This document shows, one piece after another, positions 1-9,593 of a DNA stretch of 42,748 nt. Source of the DNA: a virus (Duplodnaviria > Caudoviricetes). The position numbers and the translations under genes were made by a program. The stretch lies in IMG/VR virus record IMGVR_UViG_3300033067_002328, positions 1 through 42,748 of that record. The stretch is one strand, 5' to 3'. How positions within the stretch are numbered: position 1 is the stretch's first letter; the number at the start of each line of letters is the position of its first letter. Under the pieces are notes generated by a model, which saw nothing but the letters and a program-made list of their open reading frames with translations, did no database searches and was not told the origin of the DNA.

Positions 1-728
1 GAATGAGCTACGCCACTGCCCGAGGCCACTGGCCGGATGGGCTTGGGAGCCCCGGAGACCTCTGTCACATCCTTATTGGCCAGCTTGGTCAGTTCAACAG
101 CCATTCTCACCGGCGGTAGGCTAAGAATCCGTTCCGCCTCCTCCAGATCCCCACCCAGGGCATGAATCAGCTTCGGCGCTGCACCGGTTTCGATGGCCGC
201 TGCCAGGAAGGTATTATACGCAATCACCTGGTTCTGATCCGTTGGGTCCACGACCTGCTGGAACTGCTTCAGCCGAGCATCAAACTCCTCTGCTCCGAAA
301 GTCTCGCGTCCTGCGGTTGCCGCATCCGCGCAGGCTTTGTTGAAAGCGTCAATGGCAACCTTTTGCTGGACGCGGGACTCAACCAGGGCATCCAGGTCCT
401 GCTCTTCCGGTTTCACCCCCTCTGGCTTGACCGCTGGCTTCGCCTGCTCCTTCTCCCTCAGCTTGGCTGTCAGGGCAGCAATTCTGCGATCCTTCCAGTC
501 CGGCTTGGCCTTTTCTTCAACCTTTGGCTCTTCCTTGGTTTCTCCCTGGGCTTCGCCTTTTCCCTCAGCCGCTGGCTCAGCCGCTGGCTCAGCCTTGACC
601 TCGGCCTGAGGCTCGGCAGCCGGGGCAGCTTCCGTTGCCCCCTCAGCTGGTGCTGCCGCTTCACTGCCTGGGGCATCTGGTGCCCACAAGGGCTGAGTCC
701 AGGAGGTGGAGTTAATGAGAAATTTCAT
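1..728 (-). CDS. Capsid scaffolding protein (3' end beyond the left edge of the window)
   Basis: Not in the ORF track; translated by hand from ATG 728: MKFLINSTSW...EPAAEPAA...KDRRIAALTAKLREK...ERILSLPPVRMAVEL...SGAPKPIRPV. Acidic Pro/Ala-rich N-terminus, coiled coil and APxPI motif are typical of P22-like scaffolds; lies downstream of the portal. Confidence 0.7.
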   Translation of the reverse strand, partial: MKFLINSTSWTQPLWAPDAPGSEAAAPAEGATEAAPAAEPQAEVKAEPAAEPAAEGKGEAQGETKEEPKVEEKAKPDWKDRRIAALTAKLREKEQAKPAVKPEGVKPEEQDLDALVESRVQQKVAIDAFNKACADAATAGRETFGAEEFDARLKQFQQVVDPTDQNQVIAYNTFLAAAIETGAAPKLIHALGGDLEEAERILSLPPVRMAVELTKLANKDVTEVSGAPKPIRPVASGSGVAH

Positions 729-753
729 CGAATGGGTTCCTTTTTCCTGCCTG

Positions 754-1089
754 CTAGTTCAACTGCCGAAGGCCCTCTCGCCTTCCCTTCTTCAAACTTG
801 CGTCCTTGATCAGTGCATCTAGAATGTCCTGTTTTTGCACTTCGTCAAGGGGCTGGGCGAGCATTCCCGCAAGCGTGGCCCTTGCCCCTTCGATGAATTT
901 GCCCCAGTTGCGAGACACCCACCTTTCCTCCAACTGCTTGGAGTTAAGGTCAGGAAACTCAGCTTTCCACAAGGAATACCAATCATTCCTCTGCATCAAC
1001 TCGGCGTAGACCTCATGAGCCATGCCCTGTGCTGCCCCTGCAATGAGGAAGTGAACGTGGGCCCCGCTTTTTCCAACCTTGTTTGCCAT
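754..1089 (-). CDS. Hypothetical protein in head module
   Basis: Clean ORF (MANKVGK...) tightly packed between neighbours in the same direction. Confidence 0.6.
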   Translation of the reverse strand: MANKVGKSGAHVHFLIAGAAQGMAHEVYAELMQRNDWYSLWKAEFPDLNSKQLEERWVSRNWGKFIEGARATLAGMLAQPLDEVQKQDILDALIKDASLKKGRREGLRQLN

Positions 1090-1090
1090 T

Positions 1091-2413
1091 TTACTTTCCA
1101 ATACTCTTTCGGATTAGTTGCTTCCAATCTGGCACGTCCTGCGTCTCCCAGGGATACCTCTTCTTCGCCGGGCTTACTCCAAAAGCATCTGCCAGCCCTT
1201 TTTCCACCCCCTCCTGCTCCCACCTCTTGGTAACATTCCGGGCCTCGGTTTCGCCTGCCAGATTCTTATAGCCCGTCTCTCCAAGACTCTTCTCAAATTC
1301 TTTGAGATAACCATAAAACCGATTGATCTTAGCAAATTTATCCAAGTTCTTATTCGACCAGTCTTTGTACGACAGCCCGGAGTCTTGATACTCTTTAACC
1401 AGTGCATTGTAATCTGCAGTTGTCTCTTTGTACCTGGCCTTTGCCATGTCTAAAACATCCGGGTCCTGCGGATTCCCTCCGCGAGCAAACCCCTCCCTCT
1501 GCTGAATAGCATGCTGCACTTCATGAAGCGTGGTGCCAAGAGGGTCATATTTGTAATTCTGCCCGGCGTGGGTTTCCACCGGGCTGAGGGAGAGTTCACC
1601 TCCTCCAACCTCCGAGTATGTACCGAGGTAACCTGGATCAGTCTCCTTCTTCACCTTGACTTTGGCCAGGTCGGGGTATGCATCAAAGAGGGCCGGGTGT
1701 TCCAAAACGTCTTTCAGATGAGAGAATACTTTTCCTGGATACTCACCAACAAGATCACTCGCTTCCTCATGAATCTTATCCCACAGCTCAGGAGGGAGTT
1801 TGTTGTACGGAGTGTCTCTTGGATATCCTGCTTCTTCCACCTTGTCTCGCAGAATCTGCTTCTTCTTCGAGGTCCAGTCAATATGTTCCTTGTACTCGTC
1901 CCTCACCTTCCCCATATCCAGCTTGGCCTTGGTATCCGGAATCTCAAACCTCCATTTCCCATCCACCCCAGTGAACCAGCCGGTGGCATCGAAAATCTCC
2001 CCTTTCGAGTGCCCGATGGCAGCCATTGTTTGGGCTTTCTCCAAAGCTGCCAGATCAGCAGTCTTCGCCAGTTGCCCGCCGAAAATCCCCAGGCTTCCTG
2101 GAGCCTTCGGCAGAGCAAACCCTCCAGTCATAGCCATGCCAGCCAAATTCCCCGCGTCGTCTTTCATCCCAGCGGGGAAGGCATCCGGACGCCCGTCAGG
2201 TCCAATTTCCACCGTATTGTACCCACCCTGCAGGGCCTTCCTCGGAGCTCCAAGAGCCGCAGCAACAGCGTTGGAGTACTTGACCAGTGCCTTCGCCCAC
2301 TTCGGAACCTCTGGCAGGGCCTCCCCCCGATCCTCCGGGCCACTCATGGCAGTAAAGCCAGCAGGTGCCCCGGCAAACGGGTCATACTCCACAGGAACCA
2401 ATCTTGGTGCCAT
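1091..2413 (-). CDS. LPD23-type polyvalent-protein domain with zincin (HExxH) motif; probable ejection/internal virion protein
   Basis: TGWFTGVDGKWRFEIPD, HPALFDAYPDL, LHEVQHAIQQREGFARGG and GETEARNV motifs. Confidence 0.7.
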   Translation of the reverse strand: MAPRLVPVEYDPFAGAPAGFTAMSGPEDRGEALPEVPKWAKALVKYSNAVAAALGAPRKALQGGYNTVEIGPDGRPDAFPAGMKDDAGNLAGMAMTGGFALPKAPGSLGIFGGQLAKTADLAALEKAQTMAAIGHSKGEIFDATGWFTGVDGKWRFEIPDTKAKLDMGKVRDEYKEHIDWTSKKKQILRDKVEEAGYPRDTPYNKLPPELWDKIHEEASDLVGEYPGKVFSHLKDVLEHPALFDAYPDLAKVKVKKETDPGYLGTYSEVGGGELSLSPVETHAGQNYKYDPLGTTLHEVQHAIQQREGFARGGNPQDPDVLDMAKARYKETTADYNALVKEYQDSGLSYKDWSNKNLDKFAKINRFYGYLKEFEKSLGETGYKNLAGETEARNVTKRWEQEGVEKGLADAFGVSPAKKRYPWETQDVPDWKQLIRKSIGK

Positions 2414-3087
2414 TACACTTGCCCCTTGGCCGCGACTGCAAACGGATCATAGTCCACCGGGGTGAATCTCATCCCTTTTTCCCTCATCATCTGCAGCAGC
2501 GCTAGCGCATTCTTGCTCTTGTTCTCATCTGCCGGAGCCTGGGGAGTAGTATCAGCCTCGGCCAGCTGGGCTCCCGCCGGAGCATCTCTCCCTTTGCCAG
2601 TCGAGGTCGGCACGCTGCCTTTTCCCTTCCCCTTCAGACTCACCCACTGCCCCGATAGGGCTTCCCAGTCCACCTGCCCGGTCTTGGCATCAGCGGTCAG
2701 GTCCCTCCCTGTCTGCCTCTTGTAAGTCGTCTGGGCCAAGTCCCAAGCAGCCTTGTCCTGCGAGTCGGGACTAAAGTCCCTCAAGCCCAGTTTCTTGGCC
2801 TCCGCGTCCCAGGTATCCGCGATGAATTGGTAACGTCCTGCGGCAGTGGAGTAATCCCCTCCCTCCAGCGGAACCTTGACCCGAGGATGATCCTTGAAGG
2901 AGGAAAACTTCTGCCCGCCAGTTATCGTTGCATAGTCCGGGCTCTCCCCCGAGGCAATATAATCCAACACCTGCTGCTTGGCAAAAAGGGCCGAGAGATC
3001 GAGCGGCAAGTTCGCCTTATGCAGAACGGTGTCTCCCATCCAGTCATCCGGGATGCCAGGGAGAGCCAAGGAGGCAGTCTTAGCCAT
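2413..3087 (-). CDS. Lambda-R-like lysozyme/lytic transglycosylase (GH104); probably virion-associated
   Basis: ESPDY...FSSFKDHP...STAAGRYQF..TW...L.DFSP.SQD.AA motifs; low-complexity C-terminal tail; directly after the portal. Confidence 0.8.
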   Translation of the reverse strand: MAKTASLALPGIPDDWMGDTVLHKANLPLDLSALFAKQQVLDYIASGESPDYATITGGQKFSSFKDHPRVKVPLEGGDYSTAAGRYQFIADTWDAEAKKLGLRDFSPDSQDKAAWDLAQTTYKRQTGRDLTADAKTGQVDWEALSGQWVSLKGKGKGSVPTSTGKGRDAPAGAQLAEADTTPQAPADENKSKNALALLQMMREKGMRFTPVDYDPFAVAAKGQV

Positions 3088-5344
3088 TCTGCTCCACCTT
3101 CAGGAACTTGCCTGGGCGCTCCGGGTCCGGCAGGTAATGGTTCCCATCCGGGGCCATTTTCGCGCCTTCCGGCAGCAGAGGTTCGGCAACGCCAGTCCCG
3201 GCAGTGCCGCTTGGCTGCCGATTGCCTGTCGGCACTGAGTCAATGTCCAGGTTGTTCTCATTGGCTTGCAGGATTGGCTGCAGGCTCGTTTGCAAAGTCT
3301 CCTGCACCAGTTGGTTGATCAGCTGGCGCAAGCCCTGGGGATCGGTCGGGAGGAAATCTGCCATCGCAGCAATCCTCTTCGTCTCCGCTTCATGCACGTC
3401 AATATCCCTGGCCTGATCCTTGCCCACCAGCCGAAGCTCGACCTTGGCCTGGCGAGCCAGACTTTGAGCCAACCCTTTCTTCAAGGCTTCCACATTTGCT
3501 GCCAACTGCTGAACCTCGGCACTCGGCCCCTGCCCCAAGGCCTGCTGCGGGACCATCCGCTTCAGCCTCTGCCCCGCCTCCTGTGCCTTGTCAAAGTCCA
3601 TCGAGGACAGCAGCAAATCCCCGACAATGGGAGTCAGGCTCGGAGCTTGGGTCAGAATCAGACTCAAGGCCTCCGTCGTCTGTTCCCTCTTGCTGCCATA
3701 GGCCGGGCCAACAGACGGCCCAACAGCATACGCCCCAATCTTAGGATTGAAAACACTCCTTACTGCCTCCATCCCTTCCATCTGTTTCACCAGCAGGGCC
3801 TGCTTAGCAGCCGGGTTGATCTCAACTTCCGAAGTGCTCCCATCCTCCCCCACGATCATGATAATCCTGGCCGTGTCGTAGACCTTGGGAATGAGGTCAA
3901 TCAGCTGCTCTCCTGCAAATTGCAGTGCAGACTCATAGTTGTCCTGAAAATGGAAAGTCGCAGTCTCGCTTTGCTGCTGGCGGAGGCCCACTGCCTTCCC
4001 AGTCCGTTCATTCCCCTGCATCCCCATCGAGTTCTGCCACTGCCCGGAGACCATCATCATCTGCTGGAAGGCGGTGTCCATCCCGGCTTGGTAGGCTTGG
4101 GACGCATTAGGCGGCTGAGTCCTGGCAGGGGCGGCTAACTCATTTCCCTCATCGTCAATGTTGTTGTAAATGAGAACCGAATGGTTCACCGTATTCGCGG
4201 TGTTCCACATGGACTCATATTCCTCAATCGCCTTGGCCGAGGCAATCCAAGGGGTTTTACCCTGCAGTGCAACGAATTCTACTTGGCTACTGGCATTAAA
4301 ATTTAACATACGTTGAGCATCTTTCATGCTTCGCGTATGCCCCTTTCTGTCCATTTGCCCTTCGATGACGATTTCTTCTCCAACAATTCGAATCAGCGGG
4401 ATGAATTTGCCAAGCCAAAGGGTCTTGTCAATGACCTGCTCCCCAGCGATGAGGTACCATTCGATCTGTTCCCTCCGGGTTGGCCTCACCTTGGCGAGCG
4501 GGGAGTTTCTCACCCCATCTCGGGCATTCGCCGGCAGGGAAGAAAGAAGAATCTCCTTCCTAGTTCCCTGGGAGATAAACGACACCAGCGTGTCGTCAAT
4601 GTAAACCTTGCGGAAGTACTCGCAGATGCGAACATGATTCTCCGAGACCCAGTCCCCGTCCGAGGCATCGAGGGACAGCGGCTGCTTCCCCACCAGGTCC
4701 TTGTATTCCGGGTAAACCTCGTCAAATTCCTCCTTCGGCAAATCATCAAACACAAAGCCGAACTTGGCGTCGGAGCCATTCTTCTTCTGAATGTCAGGGT
4801 CAAGGAAAACCGTCAGCGGATCGTTGACCGGCCCGATGTAGATCTCCTGGTCGAAAGTCGTCGGGGAGACATAATCGGTCATCAGACGGAAGTAGCCAAT
4901 CCCTCCGTCGATCTGAAAGTTGCGGGCAACTGTGTAGGAGGACTGTGCGTCCGAGATCAACTCAATATGCCGGATGATGTCGCGGAACACCGAGGCGGAT
5001 TGAGGGGAGGCACCCCCGCTGGTCGGAATGACTTTGATCGAGGACTTATTCTTCCTCGCCTGATTGGAGATCTGCAAATTATGCTGCTTCACCACATTCA
5101 TCGTGAGGCAAGGCTTGGAGTCCGTATCTCGGCTTTGCCGAATGGCGTTCGGCCACTGGTAGCCGTTGTCCGAGTCCCCATTCGCGAACTTGATATCGTC
5201 AATAAACCTGGTCCTCGCCGTCCCTTCCCATTCCACGCAGCGGGCGAACCTCTTCTTCGCCTCACGGACGATGGGGTCAACTCCAGCATCGGCGACATCG
5301 CTAGTATCAACTGTCTTGGACGACAGCTTAGCATCTCTGTTCAC
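3080..5344 (-). CDS. P22-like portal protein
   Basis: 754 aa; DDIKF.NG...QW, KPCLTMN, GIGYFR, DP.TVF.DP, FIPLI...GE, MKDAQRMLN and G.QGNE.TGKA motifs; directly downstream of TerL. Confidence 0.9.
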   Translation of the reverse strand: MNRDAKLSSKTVDTSDVADAGVDPIVREAKKRFARCVEWEGTARTRFIDDIKFANGDSDNGYQWPNAIRQSRDTDSKPCLTMNVVKQHNLQISNQARKNKSSIKVIPTSGGASPQSASVFRDIIRHIELISDAQSSYTVARNFQIDGGIGYFRLMTDYVSPTTFDQEIYIGPVNDPLTVFLDPDIQKKNGSDAKFGFVFDDLPKEEFDEVYPEYKDLVGKQPLSLDASDGDWVSENHVRICEYFRKVYIDDTLVSFISQGTRKEILLSSLPANARDGVRNSPLAKVRPTRREQIEWYLIAGEQVIDKTLWLGKFIPLIRIVGEEIVIEGQMDRKGHTRSMKDAQRMLNFNASSQVEFVALQGKTPWIASAKAIEEYESMWNTANTVNHSVLIYNNIDDEGNELAAPARTQPPNASQAYQAGMDTAFQQMMMVSGQWQNSMGMQGNERTGKAVGLRQQQSETATFHFQDNYESALQFAGEQLIDLIPKVYDTARIIMIVGEDGSTSEVEINPAAKQALLVKQMEGMEAVRSVFNPKIGAYAVGPSVGPAYGSKREQTTEALSLILTQAPSLTPIVGDLLLSSMDFDKAQEAGQRLKRMVPQQALGQGPSAEVQQLAANVEALKKGLAQSLARQAKVELRLVGKDQARDIDVHEAETKRIAAMADFLPTDPQGLRQLINQLVQETLQTSLQPILQANENNLDIDSVPTGNRQPSGTAGTGVAEPLLPEGAKMAPDGNHYLPDPERPGKFLKVEQNG

Positions 5345-6699
5345 TTAAGCCATCCTAGCCCAGAGTTCCCCATTCCAGCAGTTTTCTGCCAGGCAGCCCT
5401 CGCCACTTCCCCAGCCTTCTCCAACCTGCTCAGCGAATCCCCCTTCTTGCTCCTCTTCCCCGTCATCGCCAGAGTCATATAGCGAAGCGCATCCGCCGCA
5501 TGACTCGCATCATCGTGCTGAGGCTTGTCGGAGAACTGCCCTTCGGTGACCTTATACCGATACCTGCGGAGAGAATCCAATCCCTCCTGGCACTTAGCCT
5601 CATCAAACCAGAACTGAGAGAACATAGTCCGCGCGGCATTGATGCCGTCGGTTAGGGAGAGGTTAGGGACCTGGCGGACTCGCGAGTTAGGAAAATGTGC
5701 CTTGAATTGTTCCTCGATGCTTAGCTTAGTGCCAAGTCTCTTGGCAAAGCCGTCGTGCGGGAGCCAGATCTCGTCGTAGGTATAATTCCTCTTCTCCAGA
5801 ACCTTCGCATAATGCGGAATCTCCTCCTGATTGTTCTGGTAAAAGTCAATAATCCTCCACTGCATCGCGACCCGCTGGAAGAACCAGATGGAGGTCATGT
5901 CCTTCTTGCCAAGATCCAGGGCGATGGACACCGGCAGGCTCCGGTCCCAGGGAACGCGGGCGATTCGATTCTCCTCCGTCGCTTCGCGAATCTCCTTGGC
6001 GAATACCACACCCTCCAGCATCTGGAGGCAATGCCCTTCCCAGACGTTCAGGTAGTAATCGTGGTCCCGCTTGCGGTCCGCCTCTACTTCCTTCAGCAAG
6101 GTCGCGGGGAAGAATGGATTATCCTTGTAGGTCATTTTGACCACAACCGTGGAGGCATTCTCCATGGTACCTCCAGCGACCTGGGTTGCCGGGTCGGAGG
6201 CCACCTCTTTGACAAAAGTGGAGTAGGTGTAGTCAGTCTCCAACTCTGGATTGAAGGTCATCCAGATCTCGCTGCCATTCTTACGAATGGTAGGGATGAG
6301 GACGCCCCAGCTCGCCCGGCTTACCTTTACTGCCTCTTCCACCCAGCAGTAATCCACGCCTTCGTAGGACTTAATCCTCGAGACATTGTTCTTAATCCCC
6401 TCGAAGGAGATCGTCGTCCCGTTGGCGCCGAAAATCTTCGCCTGCTGGATGTCGTAGAACCCAGAGAGCCCGAGGAGCTCAATCTGGTCCGACAGCAGCT
6501 TATGGACGGAGTCTGTGATGGAATTCTGAAACTCACGGGCGCAGAGCACCCGGATGGGACGTTCGGTGCCCAGCAGGAGCAGGGCCCGCGCCACACCCCA
6601 GCTTCGTCCAGCTCCTCTTCCTCCATACAGCACCTTATACCTCTTCGGCTTGAAGAGCGGGGCCAGGACCTCGGGGAAGCTCGCATCAACTAGGGGCAT
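5341..6699 (-). CDS. terL: Terminase large subunit (PBSX/Terminase_3-like)
   Basis: YGGRGAGRS Walker A variant, CAREFQNSI.DSV, WVEEA Walker B, TFNP; nuclease motifs ALDLG..D and HDDASHAADALRY. Confidence 0.93.
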   Translation of the reverse strand: MPLVDASFPEVLAPLFKPKRYKVLYGGRGAGRSWGVARALLLLGTERPIRVLCAREFQNSITDSVHKLLSDQIELLGLSGFYDIQQAKIFGANGTTISFEGIKNNVSRIKSYEGVDYCWVEEAVKVSRASWGVLIPTIRKNGSEIWMTFNPELETDYTYSTFVKEVASDPATQVAGGTMENASTVVVKMTYKDNPFFPATLLKEVEADRKRDHDYYLNVWEGHCLQMLEGVVFAKEIREATEENRIARVPWDRSLPVSIALDLGKKDMTSIWFFQRVAMQWRIIDFYQNNQEEIPHYAKVLEKRNYTYDEIWLPHDGFAKRLGTKLSIEEQFKAHFPNSRVRQVPNLSLTDGINAARTMFSQFWFDEAKCQEGLDSLRRYRYKVTEGQFSDKPQHDDASHAADALRYMTLAMTGKRSKKGDSLSRLEKAGEVARAAWQKTAGMGNSGLGWLK

Positions 6700-6805
6700 G
6701 GGGGGCTTCGCCGGAGGAGGGGAGAGGGGGGAATGGTTTGCTAGTCAAAGGTGGGAGAGGGGGCTATTGCCCCTTCCCCCAGTTTGCGCGGCTTCGCCGC
6801 TTGCG

Positions 6806-8092
6806 TTACAACTCCGAGGTTGCCAGGATCTTCCCGCTACCGCCGTTGGAGTACAGCCAGCTGGCCACCCCCGCTGCCGGAATAGTGGTCGCCGTGCAGT
6901 TCACCAGGACGTTGAGCGGATTGCTCGCAGTCGAGGCCACGGTGGCGGCATTTGCCAGGGCAGTGCAGGCACCCAGAGTCGCCTGAGTGGTGGAGGTCGG
7001 GCTGGCAAAGCCGGTGGTATAGGTCACCGTCGGTGCGATTCTCATCTTCACCGGGAACTGCACCAGGCAGTTGGTATGCGTAGTGTCAATCGCCGCGCAG
7101 GGAGCAATCGGGGTGATCGTCGCCGACTCGTCAATCTCGTAGTAGTACGCCTGCTGCAGCATCTGCTCGACCTCAGCCGGGCGGTGCTCGTAGGCCAGAG
7201 TCTGCTGGGCAGCCGTCGTCGAAGACGTGGCGGCGACAGCAGCTGGATTGGCAGCAAGCTGCATGGCAGCCAGCTCGACAAAGTCCGTCGCACCAGCGGT
7301 ACCAACTGGGGTATAGCAGATCTTCACCCCAACCTGAGTCGCAGTGACCGGGATAGTGGCCACGGCGGAGTACTTGGTCCAGGTAGTGCTGATAGTCGTT
7401 ACCTGCGCCGCACCGGCCGTGTACCCCGTCCAGCTACCCGTGGAGAAGTTGGCCGCCGACTCATTGCTGCCTGTGCCATAGGCAATAGTCGCCGTGATGT
7501 TGCTGCCGGCCGCCGAGAACGTGGCACCTGCCAAGGCCCGGAACGAGAACTCCGCGACCTTCCCCTGCAGGTTGATCGAGTTGGCAGTCGTCAGCACCTG
7601 GCCGAAGCATACCGGCAGGACTCCGGTCTGGGCTGCCGTCCGTTGCACCCTAGCAGATGCCTGGTAGGCAGTGGTGATGTCGCTTGCACCAGTCTGTTTG
7701 GAGACGGTGAAGGCAGTACCAGTGCCCGAAAGGCCCCACCAGCGATCCGCGGTGTAAAGCAGGGCAGTGGTAATGCTCGCCGAAGTGGTGCCTCGCTGCC
7801 AGAGGTTCGTCCCGAAGTCCCCGCCGATCAGCAGGTTCCGCCAGGTGCCCACGCTGCCAGCGACATACCCTGCAAGCTGCTTGGTCGTCACCGCCTCGCT
7901 CGCGGGATTCAGCCCCGAGGTCAGGTTGGTGTCCATCGGGATCGTCTCGACCCCCGTCATGGGCAGCGTGGTGGGATACTGGCTCCCACCCACCGTCGGT
8001 AGGCCATTGGTGAAAAGTCCTGCAGCCCCAGCTGCCGAAATAAGGCCAAGGGCAAGTGCCCCAGCCAGCAGCAACGTCTTGATCTTAGTCAT
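6806..8092 (-). CDS. Fibre/spike-type virion protein with N-terminal signal peptide
   Basis: ATG 8092 after AAGGAG; RNLLIGGDF...WQRGT...YTADRW and FPVKMRIAPTV motifs typical of phage fibre proteins; N-terminus MTKIKTLLLAGALALGLISAAGA. Confidence 0.75.
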   Translation of the reverse strand: MTKIKTLLLAGALALGLISAAGAAGLFTNGLPTVGGSQYPTTLPMTGVETIPMDTNLTSGLNPASEAVTTKQLAGYVAGSVGTWRNLLIGGDFGTNLWQRGTTSASITTALLYTADRWWGLSGTGTAFTVSKQTGASDITTAYQASARVQRTAAQTGVLPVCFGQVLTTANSINLQGKVAEFSFRALAGATFSAAGSNITATIAYGTGSNESAANFSTGSWTGYTAGAAQVTTISTTWTKYSAVATIPVTATQVGVKICYTPVGTAGATDFVELAAMQLAANPAAVAATSSTTAAQQTLAYEHRPAEVEQMLQQAYYYEIDESATITPIAPCAAIDTTHTNCLVQFPVKMRIAPTVTYTTGFASPTSTTQATLGACTALANAATVASTASNPLNVLVNCTATTIPAAGVASWLYSNGGSGKILATSEL

Positions 8093-8167
8093 GTTGACTG
8101 GTCTCCTTGGCCCATCGGGCCAATCTGGCAGCAAAGTGGCTGCCGCACTTGAGGCCGAAGGCCCCTT

Positions 8168-8338
8168 TCAGCAGGAGCAATGGGCCACTGCCGATTTCAA
8201 ACTAGTGTCCCCAACAGGCCCACCCTTTTGCAGCGGGTCGTCGCGGGTCAGAGTTTCCTGCGAGGTCTTGCCCTGCGGCAAGGGCAGGGCGGCCAGGACA
8301 CTGGCCGAAGTCTTGGGCTTGCCAGCAGCTGCTGTCAT
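8168..8338 (-). CDS. Small hypothetical protein (56 aa, MTAAAGKPKT...AVAHCSC)
   Basis: Hand-translated; ATGA overlap with the stop of 8335..8541. Confidence 0.45.
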   Translation of the reverse strand: MTAAAGKPKTSASVLAALPLPQGKTSQETLTRDDPLQKGGPVGDTSLKSAVAHCSC

Positions 8339-8541
8339 CTCCCCAGGTCCTTCTTCAGCTCAGCACTGCCTCGGCCCCCACCCAAATTGCTCCAGGCATT
8401 CCCACCCTTCGGCAGGCCGAGATTCCGGCTCGGCACGCTCATCTGAGCGGCCTCCACACTCGCCCCAGCGGCGCTGCCCGGCGAAGCTGCGAGAGCAGGA
8501 CCCTCGCGGGTATTCGTCTGCGGATTACTCACTTTCAACAT
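8335..8541 (-). CDS. Small low-complexity hypothetical protein
   Basis: AAGGAG RBS upstream; same orientation as the late operon. Confidence 0.5.
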   Translation of the reverse strand: MLKVSNPQTNTREGPALAASPGSAAGASVEAAQMSVPSRNLGLPKGGNAWSNLGGGRGSAELKKDLGR

Positions 8542-8587
8542 TCCAGTTCTCCTTACTGCTGCTGCTTGGCCCGTAGGGCCATTCCCT

Positions 8588-9100
8588 TCACAATAGGCTC
8601 GAAAGTTCTGCCGAGGGAACCCCCTTACGTCTCGTCCTTCGTGACGGTGGGATTAGGGGCAAAGCCTGCCAAACGACTTCCCTCCCGGCCAAGGCAATTC
8701 CTAGGGCAGAATTAAGGTCCCCAACTATCCGAAACGGGATGCCGGGGACCAGGGCCTTGCAGGCCACAATTCCAAAGACCTTCTTTCCAGTCGCCGCCTC
8801 CAGCACCGGACGGTACAGTTTGGAAATCTGCGAGTGCCCCTCCGGAACCCAGGTATACTTTACCTCCACCACTACCAGGCCTTGGGGCAGCTCCAGCAAG
8901 AGGTCCGTCTGGCAAAACCCCTTTCCAAAGGAATCCTCAAACTCCCACCAGAGCCCAGCAGCTGCCAGCGGGAGGCTATCCCCCAGCTGTCGTTCATACC
9001 TCAGCCCTGCCCCTTTTGCCCCTCTTGCCCTGCTCGGCCCAAACGGGGCTTTGCCCGCTGGCTTCGCCCACCGCAGGTGTTCAATTACCCGATGCGACAA
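8588..9100 (-). CDS. PD-(D/E)xK-family nuclease
   Basis: G..YE...QTDLLL...VVVEVK...Q...Y restriction-fold pattern; start (TTG after GGAGG) uncertain. Confidence 0.6.
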   Translation of the reverse strand: MSHRVIEHLRWAKPAGKAPFGPSRARGAKGAGLRYERQLGDSLPLAAAGLWWEFEDSFGKGFCQTDLLLELPQGLVVVEVKYTWVPEGHSQISKLYRPVLEAATGKKVFGIVACKALVPGIPFRIVGDLNSALGIALAGREVVWQALPLIPPSRRTRRKGVPSAELSSLL

Positions 9101-9521
9101 GTCCACCCTCCCGCCTAGCTTCTCCACTCCAGGCCTCGCCCAGAATCTTCTCCTGCTTAGTTGGCGGGATGTACGCATCATACAGCCGATCTACCTTTGC
9201 TGCCGTAATCCTAGCGTCAATCTTGATATTCGCGGCATCCACCTTGAGAGCCGAGACATCGGACTTGAGCCCAGAGGTATCAACCTTCACCCCCGCCACA
9301 TCTTGCTTTACTTTCTCCAGGTCAGAATTAAGACCCTTGACCCCCGCCTTCACCTCCTCCAGAGCCTTGGCCTGCACTTCCTGGGTCGCTTGCACCACAG
9401 CATTGTCCACCTTCAGACTCACGAAGAACCCAATTGCCGCCAGCCCAAGAGTAAGTCCCTTCAACACATCCTTCCAATTGGCCAGAAGCCATCCCACCGT
9501 TTTCTCAAACGTCATTGCCAT
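9081..9521 (-). CDS. Membrane-anchored coiled-coil protein (lysis accessory or spanin-like?)
   Basis: One TM segment (LTLGLAAIGFFVSL) followed by heptads VKxDVxxLKxD. Confidence 0.55.
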   Translation of the reverse strand: MAMTFEKTVGWLLANWKDVLKGLTLGLAAIGFFVSLKVDNAVVQATQEVQAKALEEVKAGVKGLNSDLEKVKQDVAGVKVDTSGLKSDVSALKVDAANIKIDARITAAKVDRLYDAYIPPTKQEKILGEAWSGEARREGGLVASGN

Positions 9522-9551
9522 TTCTTTTCTTTCCACCTTTGCCTCAAGAAG

Positions 9552-9578
9552 AAAAATGGCCCTATTCGGGGAGGGCCA
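9552..9578 (-). terminator. Rho-independent terminator
   Basis: Minus strand TGGCCCT-ccccgaat-AGGGCCA followed by TTTTT, just after the stop at 9594. Confidence 0.6.
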
Positions 9579-9593
9579 GGATCGCCAGGAAGG

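Noticed and set aside
564-594. (CTCAGCCGCTGG)x2 short tandem repeat
   Set aside because: It simply encodes the EPAAEPAA low-complexity linker of the scaffold.
6554-8002. 482-aa plus-strand ORF, and similar long ones at 4313-5482, 3266-4138, 5755-6693, 1511-2452 and 8739-9857
   Set aside because: Antisense shadows of well-supported minus-strand genes in GC-rich DNA; no motifs and Arg/Gly/Leu-biased composition.
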